From Macrostomum lignano (taxonomy: Eukaryota), in assembly GCA_002269645.1 (NCBI GenBank), contig NIVC01000986.1, forward strand, positions 62,001 through 126,000: a DNA stretch of 64,000 bases, in the 5' to 3' direction. This document shows positions 12,555 through 34,806 of this stretch, in pieces; positions within the stretch are counted from its first letter, which is position 1, and each line of letters starts with the position of its first letter. Below the pieces are notes generated by a model that had not been told where the DNA came from, did no database searches, and saw nothing but the letters and a program-made list of their open reading frames with translations. The position numbers were made by a program, and so were the translations under genes.

Positions 12555-14639
12555 GGCTCGGCTTGTTGAAGGAGTTTGATCGAATCTTTAAATGAAAGTA
12601 TTGAAAATCGCGAGTTACAGAAAGCTCGGAGGTGTGAATCGAACTCAATAAATGTAAAAGAGAGTCCGGAAGCCTTCATAGGGGCGGGGGCGGGCGGCGA
12701 GGACTTTTATGGCTCTGTGTTTTTGGTAGCTGTCGAAATGATCGTCAGGCTTCTGCATACTGGTACTCTCCGGCGAATCGACGTTGTCAGCTAGGAGCGG
12801 CTTTCTTCTGAAGCGGAAATTTTCATTGCTGTGCCGCCGAGTTGACTTCACCACTTTTATTTCGCCTGTCTGCTGGGATTGTTTTGCACCCGTCACTAAT
12901 TGTTGACTTCATTTTTTCCACACACAAGTTGCCTCAAACGGCACAAGATTGCGTCCGCCCCAATTTTTCCTAACTTTCTTTAAGTTTCTTTCAGTTTTCT
13001 CAAAGAAAACTTCTGATTTGCTGTGTTCAAGTCGCATTTTGTCAGAGCACGTTTATTGCAAAAGCAAACTCTCAGACTCGAAGTCTACCATAGCGTTTAG
13101 GGAGATCCTTTGCCATGACTAAAGCCTAGCTGCTTTAGAGGTTTCGAAACCGCTCGTATTTAGGATTTGTCAACATATTGCTCCATCAAATTGAAAGTCT
13201 GTGACACGAGAAGCCCAATTGGCCCTCGCCGGCGGCTGAATGGCCCACTAGCAAGCACAGCTGGATGTCTTGGGCCTGCACCGCCACCCCCTTTTATAGA
13301 CACTATGATGACGAAAAGCTCTTAACTGTCGTTTTCAGTGGCTTGCGAAGTGATAAGCTGGAAGGCGAGAAAGGGCAATTTTTATTTTTGCTCAAACAAA
13401 TCTTAAATGAGCGCGATAGAGGCATGGGATGTGCGTACAGAGACAGTCACAGAGGCATGGAGGTTCAAGCGTTGAATAATGAGCGTACAGCGTGAGACAA
13501 TGCACGTTTAGTCAACATCTCCTAGGAAAACTCGGTAACAAAGTAATCCAATTAAAAGCAGCTCAATTTGACCTTGATTTTGGGATGTACAAGTATTGAA
13601 AAAAATATTTTTCTCCATCCTTTTGCACACATAGACTAAAACAGCCTGACTAGTTGGACAGCAAAGTCCGATTCCATTTTGACAGTTGCTTCAAAACTGA
13701 CACTCTGGTTTGTGTACCCAAAAGGTCCGCTTCAGTTTTGACAACTCCTAATCAAAATTAAACAGTCACTGCATCCTTAATAAGTCCGTTACTCTGGATT
13801 AAGTCAACTGCCCCTAAGCTGAACTGCAAAGAGCAATATTCTGTTTCCCCAGCGCAGCTCCGAAATAGTTGAATCTGAAAGATGGCCGCATTTGAGTCTG
13901 AGGATTTTTAGTTCGCATTCCAGAAACTCACGTAAGTACATCTACATCTACCAGCAGCTGGTAAAAGTGGTCTTTATAGTCAAGAAAAACTCGGTTTGTC
14001 ACGGCTGCTAAGGGCGAGATCAATTTATGTATGTCTACAAAGAATTTTAAAGCTGCTTAGCCCGCTTACTATTAGTAGAGCCTTGCAGTATGGACTCCTA
14101 ATGTTATACTGAAGTAAAAATACCAACTAATAAACGTGTTCAAGTGTTTTTGCATGCTAAATTGTTGAAACAGAACACAAACGATGGTTGCAAAGTGAGG
14201 GGCACGGGGTCGCATTGAGAATTGCTTTTATTTATTTAGACTTTCACAAGCCTCGCCAGGGTCTGCAAGCATCTGCATCATTTTGAGTTCATCGAGCTGG
14301 CATGATTGAGCAGCCAATCGCGTGTGGGGAAAAGCAGAGCTGCGGCAGATCGCCAGCTTTTGCAGGTTTTGTTTGCTCATCGGACGGGAATGCGCTCACG
14401 GAGAAAGGCAATGCTCCCCTTGTCTCTGCCACCGAGGTTCGACTCTTGACTGTTGCTGGAAGGCGATTGACGGTGAAATTTCTGCCAAAGTGGACCAAAA
14501 GGTGGCGGAAAATTTTGGGTTGCTCACGAGTCACTTCCAGGGAGATTTGAAGCTGCGGAGATTTTGGAGGGGACCCTCAGGGGAAACCTCGGCGGGAATC
14601 TCTGGACAATTTTCAGGGAGACTTCATATGCAGATTCTC

Positions 14640-16335
14640 GGCGTACATTCCCAGTGAACATTCCCGGTGCAGATCCCTGGTGTAGATTCCCGGTGTAGAT
14701 TCCTGGTGCAGATCCCTGGTGTAGATTCCCGGTGTAGATTCCCGGTGTAGATTCCCGGTGTAGATTCCCGGTGTAGATTCCCAGTGAACATTCCCGGTGT
14801 AGATTCCCGGTGTAGATTCCCAGTGTAGATTCCCGGTGTAGATTCCCAGTGAACATTCCTGGTGTAGATCCCTGGTGTAGATTCCCGGTGTAGATTCCCG
14901 GTGTAGATTCCCAGTGTAGATTCCCGGTGTAAATTCCCGGTGTAGATTTCTGGTGTAGATTTCTGGTGTAGATTCCCAGTGTAGATTCCCAGTGTAGATT
15001 CCCAGTGTAGATTCCCGGTGCAGATTACCGGTGTAGATTACCGGTGTAGATTCCCAGTGAACATTCCTTGTGTAGTTCCCTGGTGTACATTCCCGGTGTA
15101 GATTCCCTGTGTAGATTCCCAGTGAACATTCCTTGTGTAGATTCCCAGTGTAGATTCCCGGTGTAAATTCCCGGTGTAGATTTCTGGTGTAGATTCCCAG
15201 TGTAGATTCCCGGTGCAGATTACCGGTGCAGATTACCGGTGCAGATTACCGGTGTAGATTACCGGTGTAGATTTCCGGTCTAGATTCCCGATGTAGATTT
15301 CCGGTGTAGATTCCCAGTGTAGATTCCCGGTGTAGATTCCCAGTGTAGATTCTCGGTGTAAATTCCCGGTGTAGATTCTCGGTGTAGATTCCCTGTGTAG
15401 ATTCCCAGTGAACATTCCTTGTGTAGTTCCCTGGTGTACATTCCCGGTGTAGATTCCCTGTGTAGATTCCCAGTGAACATTCCTTGTGTAGATTCCCGGT
15501 GTAGATTCCCAGTGTAGATTCCCGGTGTAAATTCCCGGTGTAAATTCCCGGTGTAGATTACCGGTGTAGATTCCCGGTGTAGATTCCCGAGGTAGATTTC
15601 TGGTGTAGATTCCCAGTGTAGATTCCCGGTGCAGATTACCGGTGTAGATTACCGGTGTAGATTACCGGTGTAGATTACCGGTGTAGATTTCCGGTGTAGA
15701 TTTCCGGTGTAGATTCCCGGTGCAGATTACCGGTGTAGATTACCGGTGTAGATTCCCGGTGTAGATTCCCTGTGAACATTCCTTGTGTAGTTCCCTGGTG
15801 TAGATTCCCGGTGTAGATTCCCGGTGTAGATTCCCGGTGTAGATTCCCGGTGTAGATTCCCGATGTAAATTCCCGGTGTAGATTCCCGGTGTAGATTCCC
15901 GGTGTAAATTCCCGGTGTAAATTCCCGGTGTAGATTACCGGTGTAGATTCCCGGTGTAGATTCCCGAGGTAGATTTCTGGTGTAGATTCCCAGTGTAGAT
16001 TCCCGGTGCAGATTACCGGTGTAGATTACCGGTGTAGATTACCGGTGTAGATTACCGGTGTAGATTTCCGGTGTAGATTTCCGGTGTAGATTCCCGGTGC
16101 AGATTACCGGTGTAGATTACCGGTGTAGATTCCCGGTGTAGATTCCCTGTGAACATTCCTTGTGTAGTTCCCTGGTGTAGATTCCCGGTGTAGATTCCCG
16201 GTGTAGATTCCCGGTGTAGATTCCCGGTGTAGATTCCCGATGTAAATTCCCGGTGTAGATTCCCGGTGTAGATTCCCGGTGTAGATTCCCGGTGTAGATT
16301 CCCGATGTAAATTCCCGGTGTAGATTCCCAGTGAA
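14640..16335. repeat. 13-bp satellite (gtgtagattcccg) with degenerate flanks
   Basis: About 130 units with internal block duplications; decayed copies on both sides. Confidence 0.95.
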
Positions 16336-16870
16336 GATTCCTGCTGTAGATTTCTGATGTGGCATCCTGGTGTAAATTTACGGGAAAGATACCTGGCAAA
16401 GCTTGCCTTGCAACTTTCCTGTCGGGTTACTGGTGTAAAGTTCAAGAGAAGATTTCGGTGTTAGATTCCTGTGGGAGATTCCCTTATGCGTAGTTTCCAT
16501 GGGGACTTCCAAGAAACCACTTGAAGAGCTGGAGAACTTGAGGCTTCTATTGAAATTTTGTAATTTTTTCATGGGTTTATTGATACCTGAAGTTGTGGAA
16601 TTTCTGTTCCAGATCAAGGTTTCACAGAAAGAATTGAATAAGTTTCTGTTTGGATGCAAAAGTTCACACCTTTTACGAGCTTATCGACCCCCCTAAAGTT
16701 GCTCAGACTTCCCCCTGGAAACAGCTTGGGCTGGGCTGAATTTCCCTGCCCGGCTTGACTTTCACTGCCAGGCGGCCAGGCCGTTCGCTCTCTGCCACCA
16801 GCCACCCCCTCCCCAACAGATCCGTCCGCCATCTGGGCGACAGCAGTTGACAGCGGGCCGCGGACCCACC

Positions 16871-18890
<2,020 letters not shown>

Positions 18891-20104
18891 AGATCGCCGC
18901 AGCTCAGGCCGGTCATGTGACAATTGGATCCGGGTCCGCTCTGCAGGAGGCGGTTCCCAATGCCCCATGCCCCACCACACTTCCAGTCGCTACAATTTTG
19001 CGTCCTCAAAGCCAGTCGCGGCGAAGCCATAAAGAGTTCCAAAAGTTAGCGAAGCGGTTCCGGCCGCCCCAGAATGGGAGATTCTTCCCGCTCGGCGGGG
19101 ATCATCAGGCGGCGGATTCCCCAGGCGTCGTAAAGAAGTCCTGCCGGGCGCCAGCTGCGCAGCGGGCCCGCAGCCGGCAGTCGCAGGGAATTCAATCAGG
19201 CGAAGTCGGCCGCTATTAGTGAAATTGCGTTGGTTTAGCGGCCGGAACTGACCGGTCTTTGTCCGGGGCTCCGGCAGCTTTGAGTGCAGGAAGCCCGACA
19301 GCCCGCATCGCCATGGAGACTCGCTGATGAGAACTCGCTGCCCTCCCAGCAGAGCAAAGTCAGGCGTGGAAGCCGGGCTAATTTATGCACGGGAGGGGGC
19401 CGCCAGTTGCATTAATTAAGCTGGACACGGAGGGAGAAGTTTGTGCAGGGGCCGCCTGCAGCTTCACTGACTCTGCCGTGCCGCGGTCTCGTGCCGCTGG
19501 CCAAGCTCTGCGGCGAATGTTTTCCTGCCGGATGCTGCCGAGCTCGACTGGACGCATTTTTTAGACTTTAGGGAGTTTTATTGGTTAGACCGGAAGCTTC
19601 ACAAGTTCGAATGGAGCTTTTTACCACTCTTTGACAGATTTTAAAAGGAGATTTGGTTAATTATACCCGATGCCCGGCAGGGAGTCTTTACTACTGGAAA
19701 TGCCATTATACGCCCGCAATTATCAATATTCCAATTCGTTCTGGGGGCATGCAGATCTACTGCGAGCTTGCACCGGGAATTAGCGAGCTCTGTAAAAAGC
19801 TTCCCGAGCACCGCGAGCTGCGGTGCTGAGCCGCACAGGCTGGTGCAGGGTGAAATTAGACTGGCAGCAGTTCAATGCTGGCACAGGCTAAACTGCCGCG
19901 GCTCCCAGCCGCTCCCTGCGGGACATGCAGCGATTCATCACTGGAGCCGGGGCGGCCGTGGCAGGTAGGCGTGACCTGAGCTCTGAGCTGCACGGGTGGC
20001 CCGCTGGCCTCCTCCGGGTTTAAAACACGCCTGTTTATCAGCCGTATCCATGGTTACTCAGCTATAGATGCTTTCTCAAAAGCCGAATGATTCTTCAACT
20101 GCTC

Positions 20105-21245
20105 AGACAGCGGTCTGTCACAGGCTGTTTTCAAACAGCGGTCTGTCACAGGCTGTGTCTCAGACAGTAGGATGTCACAGGCTGTGTCTCGGACAGTAGG
20201 ATGTCACAGGCTGTGTCTCGGACAGTAGGATGTCACAGGCTGTGTCTCGGACAGTAGGATGTCACAGGCTGTGTCTCGGACAGTAGGATGTCACAGGCTG
20301 TGTCTCAGACAGTGGTCTGTCACAGGCTGTGTCTCAGACAGTAGGATGTCACAGGCTGTGTCTCAGACAGTGGTCTGTCACTGGCTGTGTCTCAGACAGT
20401 AGGATGTCACAGGCTGTCTCAGACAGTGGTCTGTCACAGGCTGTGTCTCAGACAGTAGGATGTCACTGGCTGTGTCTCAGACAGCGGTCTGTCACTGGCT
20501 ATGTCTCAGACAGTAGGATGTCACTGGCTGTGTCTCAGACAGTAGGATGTCACTGGCTGTGTCCCAGACAGTGGTCTGTCATTGGCTGTGTCTCAGACAG
20601 TGGTCTGTCACTGGCTGTGTCTCAGACAGTGGTCTGTCACTGGCTGTGTCTCAGACAGTAGGATGTCACAGGCTGTCTCAGACAGTGGTCTGTCACAGGC
20701 TGTGTCTCAGACAGTAGGATGTCACTGGCTGTGTCTCAGACAGCGGTCTGTCACTGGCTGTGTCTCAGACAGTAGGATGTCACTAGCTGTGTCTCAGACA
20801 GTAGGATGTCACTCGCTGTGTCTCAGACAGTGGTCTGTCATTGGCTGTGTCTCAGACAGTGGTCTGTCACTGGCTGTGTCTCAGACAGCGGTCTGTTACT
20901 GGCTGTGTCTCACACAGCGGTCTGTCACTAGCTGTGTCTCAGACAGCGGTCTGTCACTGGCTGTGTCTCAGACAGTAGTAGGATGTCACAGGCTGTGTCT
21001 CAGACAGCGGTCTCAGACAGTAGGATATCACTGGCTGTGTCTCAGACAGTAGGATGTCACAGGCTGTGTCTCAGACAGAAGGATGTCCCTGGCTGTGTCT
21101 CAGACAGTAGGATGTCCCTGGCTGTGTCTCAGACAGTAGGATGTCCCTGGCTGTGTCTCAGACAGTAGGATGTCAGCGGCTGTGTCTCAGATAGTAGGAT
21201 GTCCCTGGCTGTGTCTCAGACAGTAGGATGTCCCTGGCTGTGTCG
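20105..21245 (+). repeat. 29-bp satellite, left arm
   Basis: gctgtgtctcagacagtaggatgtcacag and variants. Confidence 0.95.
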
Positions 21246-21849
21246 CAGACAAAGCATTTGTGGGTCATCAACAGCACTCAAGGGCGTCAAGATGTTCAGC
21301 AACATTTACCGAAAATGTCAACTTGTCGCAGACAAAGCATTTGTGGGTCGTCAACAGCACTTAAGGGCGTCAAGATGTTCAGCAACTTTTACCGAAAATG
21401 TCAACTTGTTTATTGACCAAACAACTCCAATCCAAAAAGTTCTCAGAGGTTTCCCAAAGCTTTCCGAGTTGCTATAAAAGGTGAAGTCTGACCTCTCCTC
21501 TCACAGGATGCTGGAGTTAAAATTTCGCGCTCTCGCATGCTCGTGTTTTGCACGACTGTCCACCGCTGCTGCGGCTAATGCCAGCCAGCTGGTAAAGTGC
21601 AGCAGACCGAATACTCCTGCAGTCATTGGCAGTCGTCACGGCCTGTGCACTGCAGGGGGCAGCCCGTTGATTGGCTGCTGCTCACGGCCCGGGCAGGCCT
21701 GCATGTCCAGGCCAAATATAGGCAGCCACAGCCACAGCGAGAGGCGGAGGACACAGCCGAGGCTTTCCTAACTGGGCTGCCGCCTGACCCAGCCGGGCAC
21801 AGCAAAGAACAGCTCGCTTCGGCGCAGACTTGGTGAACAGCTGCCCGCT

Positions 21850-23030
21850 GAGACACAACCAGTGACAGACCGCTGTCTGAGACACAACCAGTGACAGACC
21901 GCTGTCTGACACAGCCAGTGACATCCTACTGTCTGAGACCGCTGTCTGAGACACAGCCAGTGACAGACCGCTGTCTGAAACACAGCCAGTGACATCCTAC
22001 TGTCTGAGACCGCTGTCTGAGACACAGCCAGTGACATCCTACTGTCTGAGACACAGCCAGTGACATCCTACTGTCTGAGACACAGCCAGGGACATCCTAC
22101 TGTCTGAAACACAGCCAGGGACATCCTACTGTCTGAGACACAGCCAGGGACATCCTACTATCTGAGACACAGCCAGTGACATCCTACTGTCTGAGACACA
22201 GCCAGGGATATCCTACTGTCTGAGACACAGCCAGGGACATCCTACTGTCTAAGACACAGCCAGGGACATCCTACTGTCTGAGACACAGCCAGGGACATCC
22301 TACTGTCTGAGACACAGCCAGGGACATCCTACTGTCTGAGACACAGCCAGTGACATCCTACTGTCTGAGACACAGCCAGGGATATCCTACTGTCTGAGAC
22401 ACAGCCAGGGACACCCTACTGTCTAAGACACAGCCAGGGACATCCTACTGTCTGAGACACAGCCAGGGACATCCTACTATCTGAGACACAGCCAGGGACA
22501 TCCTACTGTCTGGGACACAGCCAGGGACATCCTACTGTCTGAGACACAGCCAGGGACATCCTACTGCCCGAGACACAGCCTGTGACAGCCTACTGTCTGA
22601 GACACAGCCAGGGACATCCTACTGTCTGAGACACAGCCAGGGACATCCTACTATCTGAGACACAGCCAGGGACATCCTACTGTCTGGGACACAGCCAGGG
22701 ACATCCTACTGTCTGAGACACAGCCAGGGACATCCTACTGTCCGAGACACAGCCTGTGACAGCCTACTGTCTGAGACACAGCCAGTGAAAGGCCGCTGTC
22801 TGAGACACAGCCAGTGACAGACCGCTGTCTGAGACACAGCCAGTGACAGACCGCTGTCTGAGACACAGCCAGTGGCAGCCCGCTGTCTGAGACACAGCCA
22901 GTGAAAGGCCGCTGTCTGAGACACAGCCAGTGACAGACCGCTGTCTGAGACACAGCCAGTGGCAGACCGCTGTCTGAGACACAGCCAGTGACAGCCCGCT
23001 GTCTGAGACACAGCCACAGCCAGTGACAGT
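21850..23030 (-). repeat. Same 29-bp satellite in inverted orientation, right arm
   Basis: ctgtctgagacacagccagtgacatccta is the reverse complement of the left-arm unit. Confidence 0.95.
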
Positions 23031-23056
23031 CTCTTACTCATCACAACTGTTTTTGG

Positions 23057-30447
<7,391 letters not shown>

Positions 30448-30576
30448 ATGCGCGGGGGCAGAGCTGACTCAGTCCGACTCTCACGCGACGACCCCGGTTT
30501 CGATTCCGTGCGCGGCCGCATTAATTTGGGGCTCGTGAGCACAAAAATTCGCCTGTGGGTTTCCGTGCGATTCGCA

Positions 30577-30815
30577 GCCGTGAGTGCCAACCCCCAAGGC
30601 ACAGAGAGTGTACATGCCCGAAGACTAGAGTCACGGCCGTGAGTGCCAACCCCCAAGGCACAGAGAGTGTACATGCCCGAAGACTAGAGTCACGGCCGTG
30701 AGTGCCAACCCCCCAAGGCACAGAGAGTGTACATGCCCGAAGACTAGAGTCACGGCCGTGAGTGCCAACCCCCAAGGCACAGAGAGTGTACATGCCCGAA
30801 GACTAGAGTCACGGC
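30577..30815. repeat. 59-bp tandem repeat x4
   Basis: gccgtgagtgccaacccccaaggcacagagagtgtacatgcccgaagactagagtcacg at 30577, 30636, 30695 and 30755. Confidence 0.93.
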
Positions 30816-31745
30816 CGCTGTAAAACCTGTGTGAGCGTGTTTATGACTGCATGCCTGTGTGCAGCGCTTGCATGCGCTCAGCAGTCAGCGGAATGGGCCG
30901 AATTCCCTTAGCGCTAAATATTTTAATTGCTATTGCTGAATGCACATCGCTACATTAATGCTAACCTGCTGCTCGCAGACCTCGGCTGTGGGCCGCCGTG
31001 AGAAGCAGCAATTGATGGCCGCTTAAAATCAGCAGCAAATTGGGCTGGGCGTGGAGCGCTTCTCTAACAATTGCGAAGTTTCTGCTCCTAAAAGCAAAGA
31101 AAAAGTGTAAGCCCTATAGGCTCAGCTGGAGCAGTCTATCGATTGCTGCTCTTGGCGGGTCTGCAGCCAGCCCAAAGCCAGGCTGCCAGATGCTCCAACA
31201 AGCTCAAATAAAGAGCGAACAAAACAAACCGGGTAAGAATTGCAGTGGCTGCAGGGAATGCCGCAAATGCTGCTTCAAACTCGCGCCAGAGCAATGCTGC
31301 TGCTCCCCGCTGAATGTACTTTTTCTGCGCTTAGTCGATATGAAAAACCTAGCGCGAGTCCCAAGCGTTCTCTCACCTGCAGCCGATCTGCAATCGTTTG
31401 TTTATGCGCGTGAAAACTTCAAGTTCACCGCCCCAACTGTGTACAGCAAGGCTAACTGAGATTTTGCAATGCACCCTCAATGTTGTTTTGTCACCGATTT
31501 AAATCCCCGGCATATCAAATACCACTGCTGCGACTAATTATTTATTAATTATCAGTGCGATGCGAATCACCCACGCATATCGACCAGTCAGTGCCTGATC
31601 TTCTTCTCATTTCTGTACATCATGACTTCTGAGACAGGCCGCGGGACCGGATGGCCACGGATTTCTAGAGTTAAACGAAGCAGTTCCGAGTCCGGAGCCA
31701 AGTTATGCTATTGGCCACCGTCAGGATGAGCAATTGAGGTGGCAA

Positions 31746-32106
31746 CTCAGTAACTGAGGATCTGGGAAGGAGGCAGCTCAGTAACTGAGGATCTGGGAAG
31801 GAGGCAGCTCAGTAACTGAGGATCTGGGAAGGAGGCAGCTCAGTAACTGAGGATCTGGGAAGGAGGCAGCTCAGTAACTGAGGATCTGGGAAGGAGACAG
31901 CTCAGTAACTGAGGATCTGGGAAGGAGGCAGCTCAGTAACTGAGGATCTGGGAAGGAGGCAGCTCAGTAACTGAGGATCTGGGAAGGAGGCAGCTCAGTA
32001 ACTGAGGATCTGGGAAGGAGGCAGCTCAGTAACTGAGGATCTGGGAAGGAGGCAGCTCAGTAACTGAGGATCTGGGAAGGAGGCAGCTCAGTAACTGAGG
32101 ATCTGG
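31746..32106. repeat. 31-bp minisatellite with the palindrome ctcagt-a-actgag
   Basis: cagctcagtaactgaggatctgggaaggagg, about 11.5 copies. Confidence 0.95.
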
Positions 32107-32871
32107 CAGTTCGGCTTGAGTCGAATAGCAAACCATGCTCTTTGAGAGATGCAGCCCCCCCCCCCCCGAATCCCTGTTTATTCTCCCACTGAGGTATCGA
32201 GTTTTTGGCTGCCAATCCCGCAGCCGCCGGCCGCTTGAGGCAGGAGGCCCGGATGGCCGGCCAGGGAGCGCCGAGGACAAGTGGGATAAGCGGGGGAAAA
32301 CTCCCCATAGAAGAGAGGAGTTGGCGATGAGGGGGGGTGTTATCGGGATAAGGACCTGCCGAGCAGCAGATGGCGCGGCTCTCACGGGCAAAATTAATGA
32401 GGCAGCTGAGGCTGGGATGAAGGGACAGCGGGGGCATCTACTGGCGGCCCGGCAACAGGGGGGCTGCGGCTCATTCTCCTCTGCTGAGCAGCTGCTCGGC
32501 CGCTAATTCCCCATCGCCACAAGACTGTAGAGGGCAAAATGGCTTGGATTTGTCTAGTGAGCCCATCAAGCCACGCGCATTTATCCCGCATCCCAGGCCC
32601 CGGATATTTCAGCTGAAGAAAAAGCAGCGATTTTTATTATCAGTCGGAGTGAAGGACTTTCCGCCGCTGCTGCCCCGCCCTCCCAGTTCGATTAATCGAT
32701 GCGGGGCTCCCCGAGCGCTGCTGCGAGACCTCGGCGGCCATGGATTCGCGTGGGATTTCAGCCCAGCGGCCGGATACGCCGCAGCACGTTCAGCGCCTCT
32801 TAAGCGGCGGCACCCCTTGGCGCGCTCGATTCAGGACTTTCGGGGCCGCCTCCATCTTGAGGCTATCCTCA

Positions 32872-34806
32872 ATACCTGCTGTGAGCTGAGGCCATTCTCA
32901 TGCAATCCCTGCTGTGAGCTGAGGCCATTCTCAATACCTGCTGTGAGCTGAGGCCATTCTCAATACCTGCTGTGAGCTGAGGCCATTCTCAATCCCTGCT
33001 GTGAGCTGAGGCCATTCTCAATCCCTGCTGTGAGCTGAGGCCATCCTCAATACCTGCTGTGAGCTGAGGCCATTCTCATGCAATCCCTGCTGTGAGCTGA
33101 GGCCATCCTCAATACCTGCTGTGAGCTGAGGCCATCCTCAATACCTGCTGTGAGCTGAGGCCATTCTCATGCAATCCCTGCTGTGAGCTGAGGCCATCCT
33201 CAATACCTGCTGTGAGCTGAGGCCATTCTCATGCAATCCCTGCTGTGAGCTGAGGCCATCCTCAATACCTGCTGTGAGCTGAGGCCATTCTCAATCCCTG
33301 CTGTGAGCTGAGGCCATTCTCAATCCCTGCTGTGAGCTGAGGCCATTCTCAATCCCTGCTGTAAGCTGAGGCCATTCTCAATCCCTGCTGTGAGCTGAGG
33401 CCATTCTCAATCCCTGCTGTGAGCTGAGGCCATTCTCAATCCCTGCTGTGAGCTGAGGCCATTCTCATGCAATCCCTGCTGTGAGCTGAGGCCATTCTCA
33501 TGCAATCCCTGCTGTGAGCTGAGGCCATCCTCAATACCTGCTGTGAGCTGAGGCCATTCTCATGCAATCCCTGCTGTGAGCTGAGGCCATCCTCAATACC
33601 TGCTGTGAGCTGAGGCCATTCTCAATCCCTGCTGTGAGCTGAGGCCATTCTCAATCCCTGCTGTGAGCTGAGGCCATTCTCAATCCCTGCTGTAAGCTGA
33701 GGCCATTCTCAATCCCTGCTGTGAGCTGAGGCCATTCTCAATCCCTGCTGTGAGCTGAGGCCATTCTCAATCCCTGCTGTGAGCTGAGGCCATTCTCAAC
33801 CCCTGCTGTGAGCTGAGGCCATTCTCAACCCCTGCTGTGAGCTGAGGCCATTCTCAACCCCTGCTGTGAGCTGAGGCCATTCTCATGCAATCCCTGCTGT
33901 GAGCTGAGGCCATCCTCAATACCTGCTGTGAGCTGAGGCCATTCTCATGCAATCCCTGCTGTGAGCTGAGGCCATCCTCAATACCTGCTGTGAGCTGAGG
34001 CCATTCTCAATCCCTGCTGTGAGCTGAGGCCATTCTCAATCCCTGCTGTGAGCTGAGGCCATTCTCAATCCCTGCTGTAAGCTGAGGCCATTCTCAATCC
34101 CTGCTGTGAGCTGAGGCCATTCTCAATCCCTGCTGTGAGCTGAGGCCATTCTCAATCCCTGCTGTGAGCTGAGGCCATTCTCATGCAATCCCTGCTGTGA
34201 GCTGAGGCCATTCTCATGCAATCCCTGCTGTGAGCTGAGGCCATCCTCAATACCTGCTGTGAGCTGAGGCCATTCTCATGCAATCCCTGCTGTGAGCTGA
34301 GGCCATCCTCAATACCTGCTGTGAGCTGAGGCCATTCTCAATCCCTGCTGTGAGCTGAGGCCATTCTCAATCCCTGCTGTGAGCTGAGGCCATTCTCAAT
34401 CCCTGCTGTAAGCTGAGGCCATTCTCAATCCCTGCTGTGAGCTGAGGCCATTCTCAATCCCTGCTGTGAGCTGAGGCCATTCTCAATCCCTGCTGTGAGC
34501 TGAGGCCATTCTCAACCCCTGCTGTGAGCTGAGGCCATTCTCAACCCCTGCTGTGAGCTGAGGCCATTCTCAATCCCTGCTGTGAGCTGAGGCCATTCTC
34601 AACCCCTGCTGTGAGCTGAGGCCATTCTCAACCCCTGCTGTGAGCTGAGGCCATTCTCAACCCCTGCTGTGAGCTGAGGCCATTCTCAACCCCTGCTGTG
34701 AGCTGAGGCCATTCTCAACCCCTGCTGTGAGCTGAGGCCATTCTCAACCCCTGCTGTGAGCTGAGGCCATTCTCAACCCCTGCTGTGAGCTGAGGCCATT
34801 CTCAAC
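32872..34806. repeat. 28/31-bp satellite with higher-order structure
   Basis: cctgctgtgagctgaggccattctcaat, about 67 copies. Confidence 0.96.

Noticed and set aside
12645-12896. 83-aa minus-strand ORF upstream of the peptide gene
   Set aside because: No recognisable domain or splice support; it overlaps the probable promoter of the peptide gene.
21480-21856. Cys-rich short ORFs in the core of the inverted satellite
   Set aside because: No signal peptide, start context or consistent splice path.
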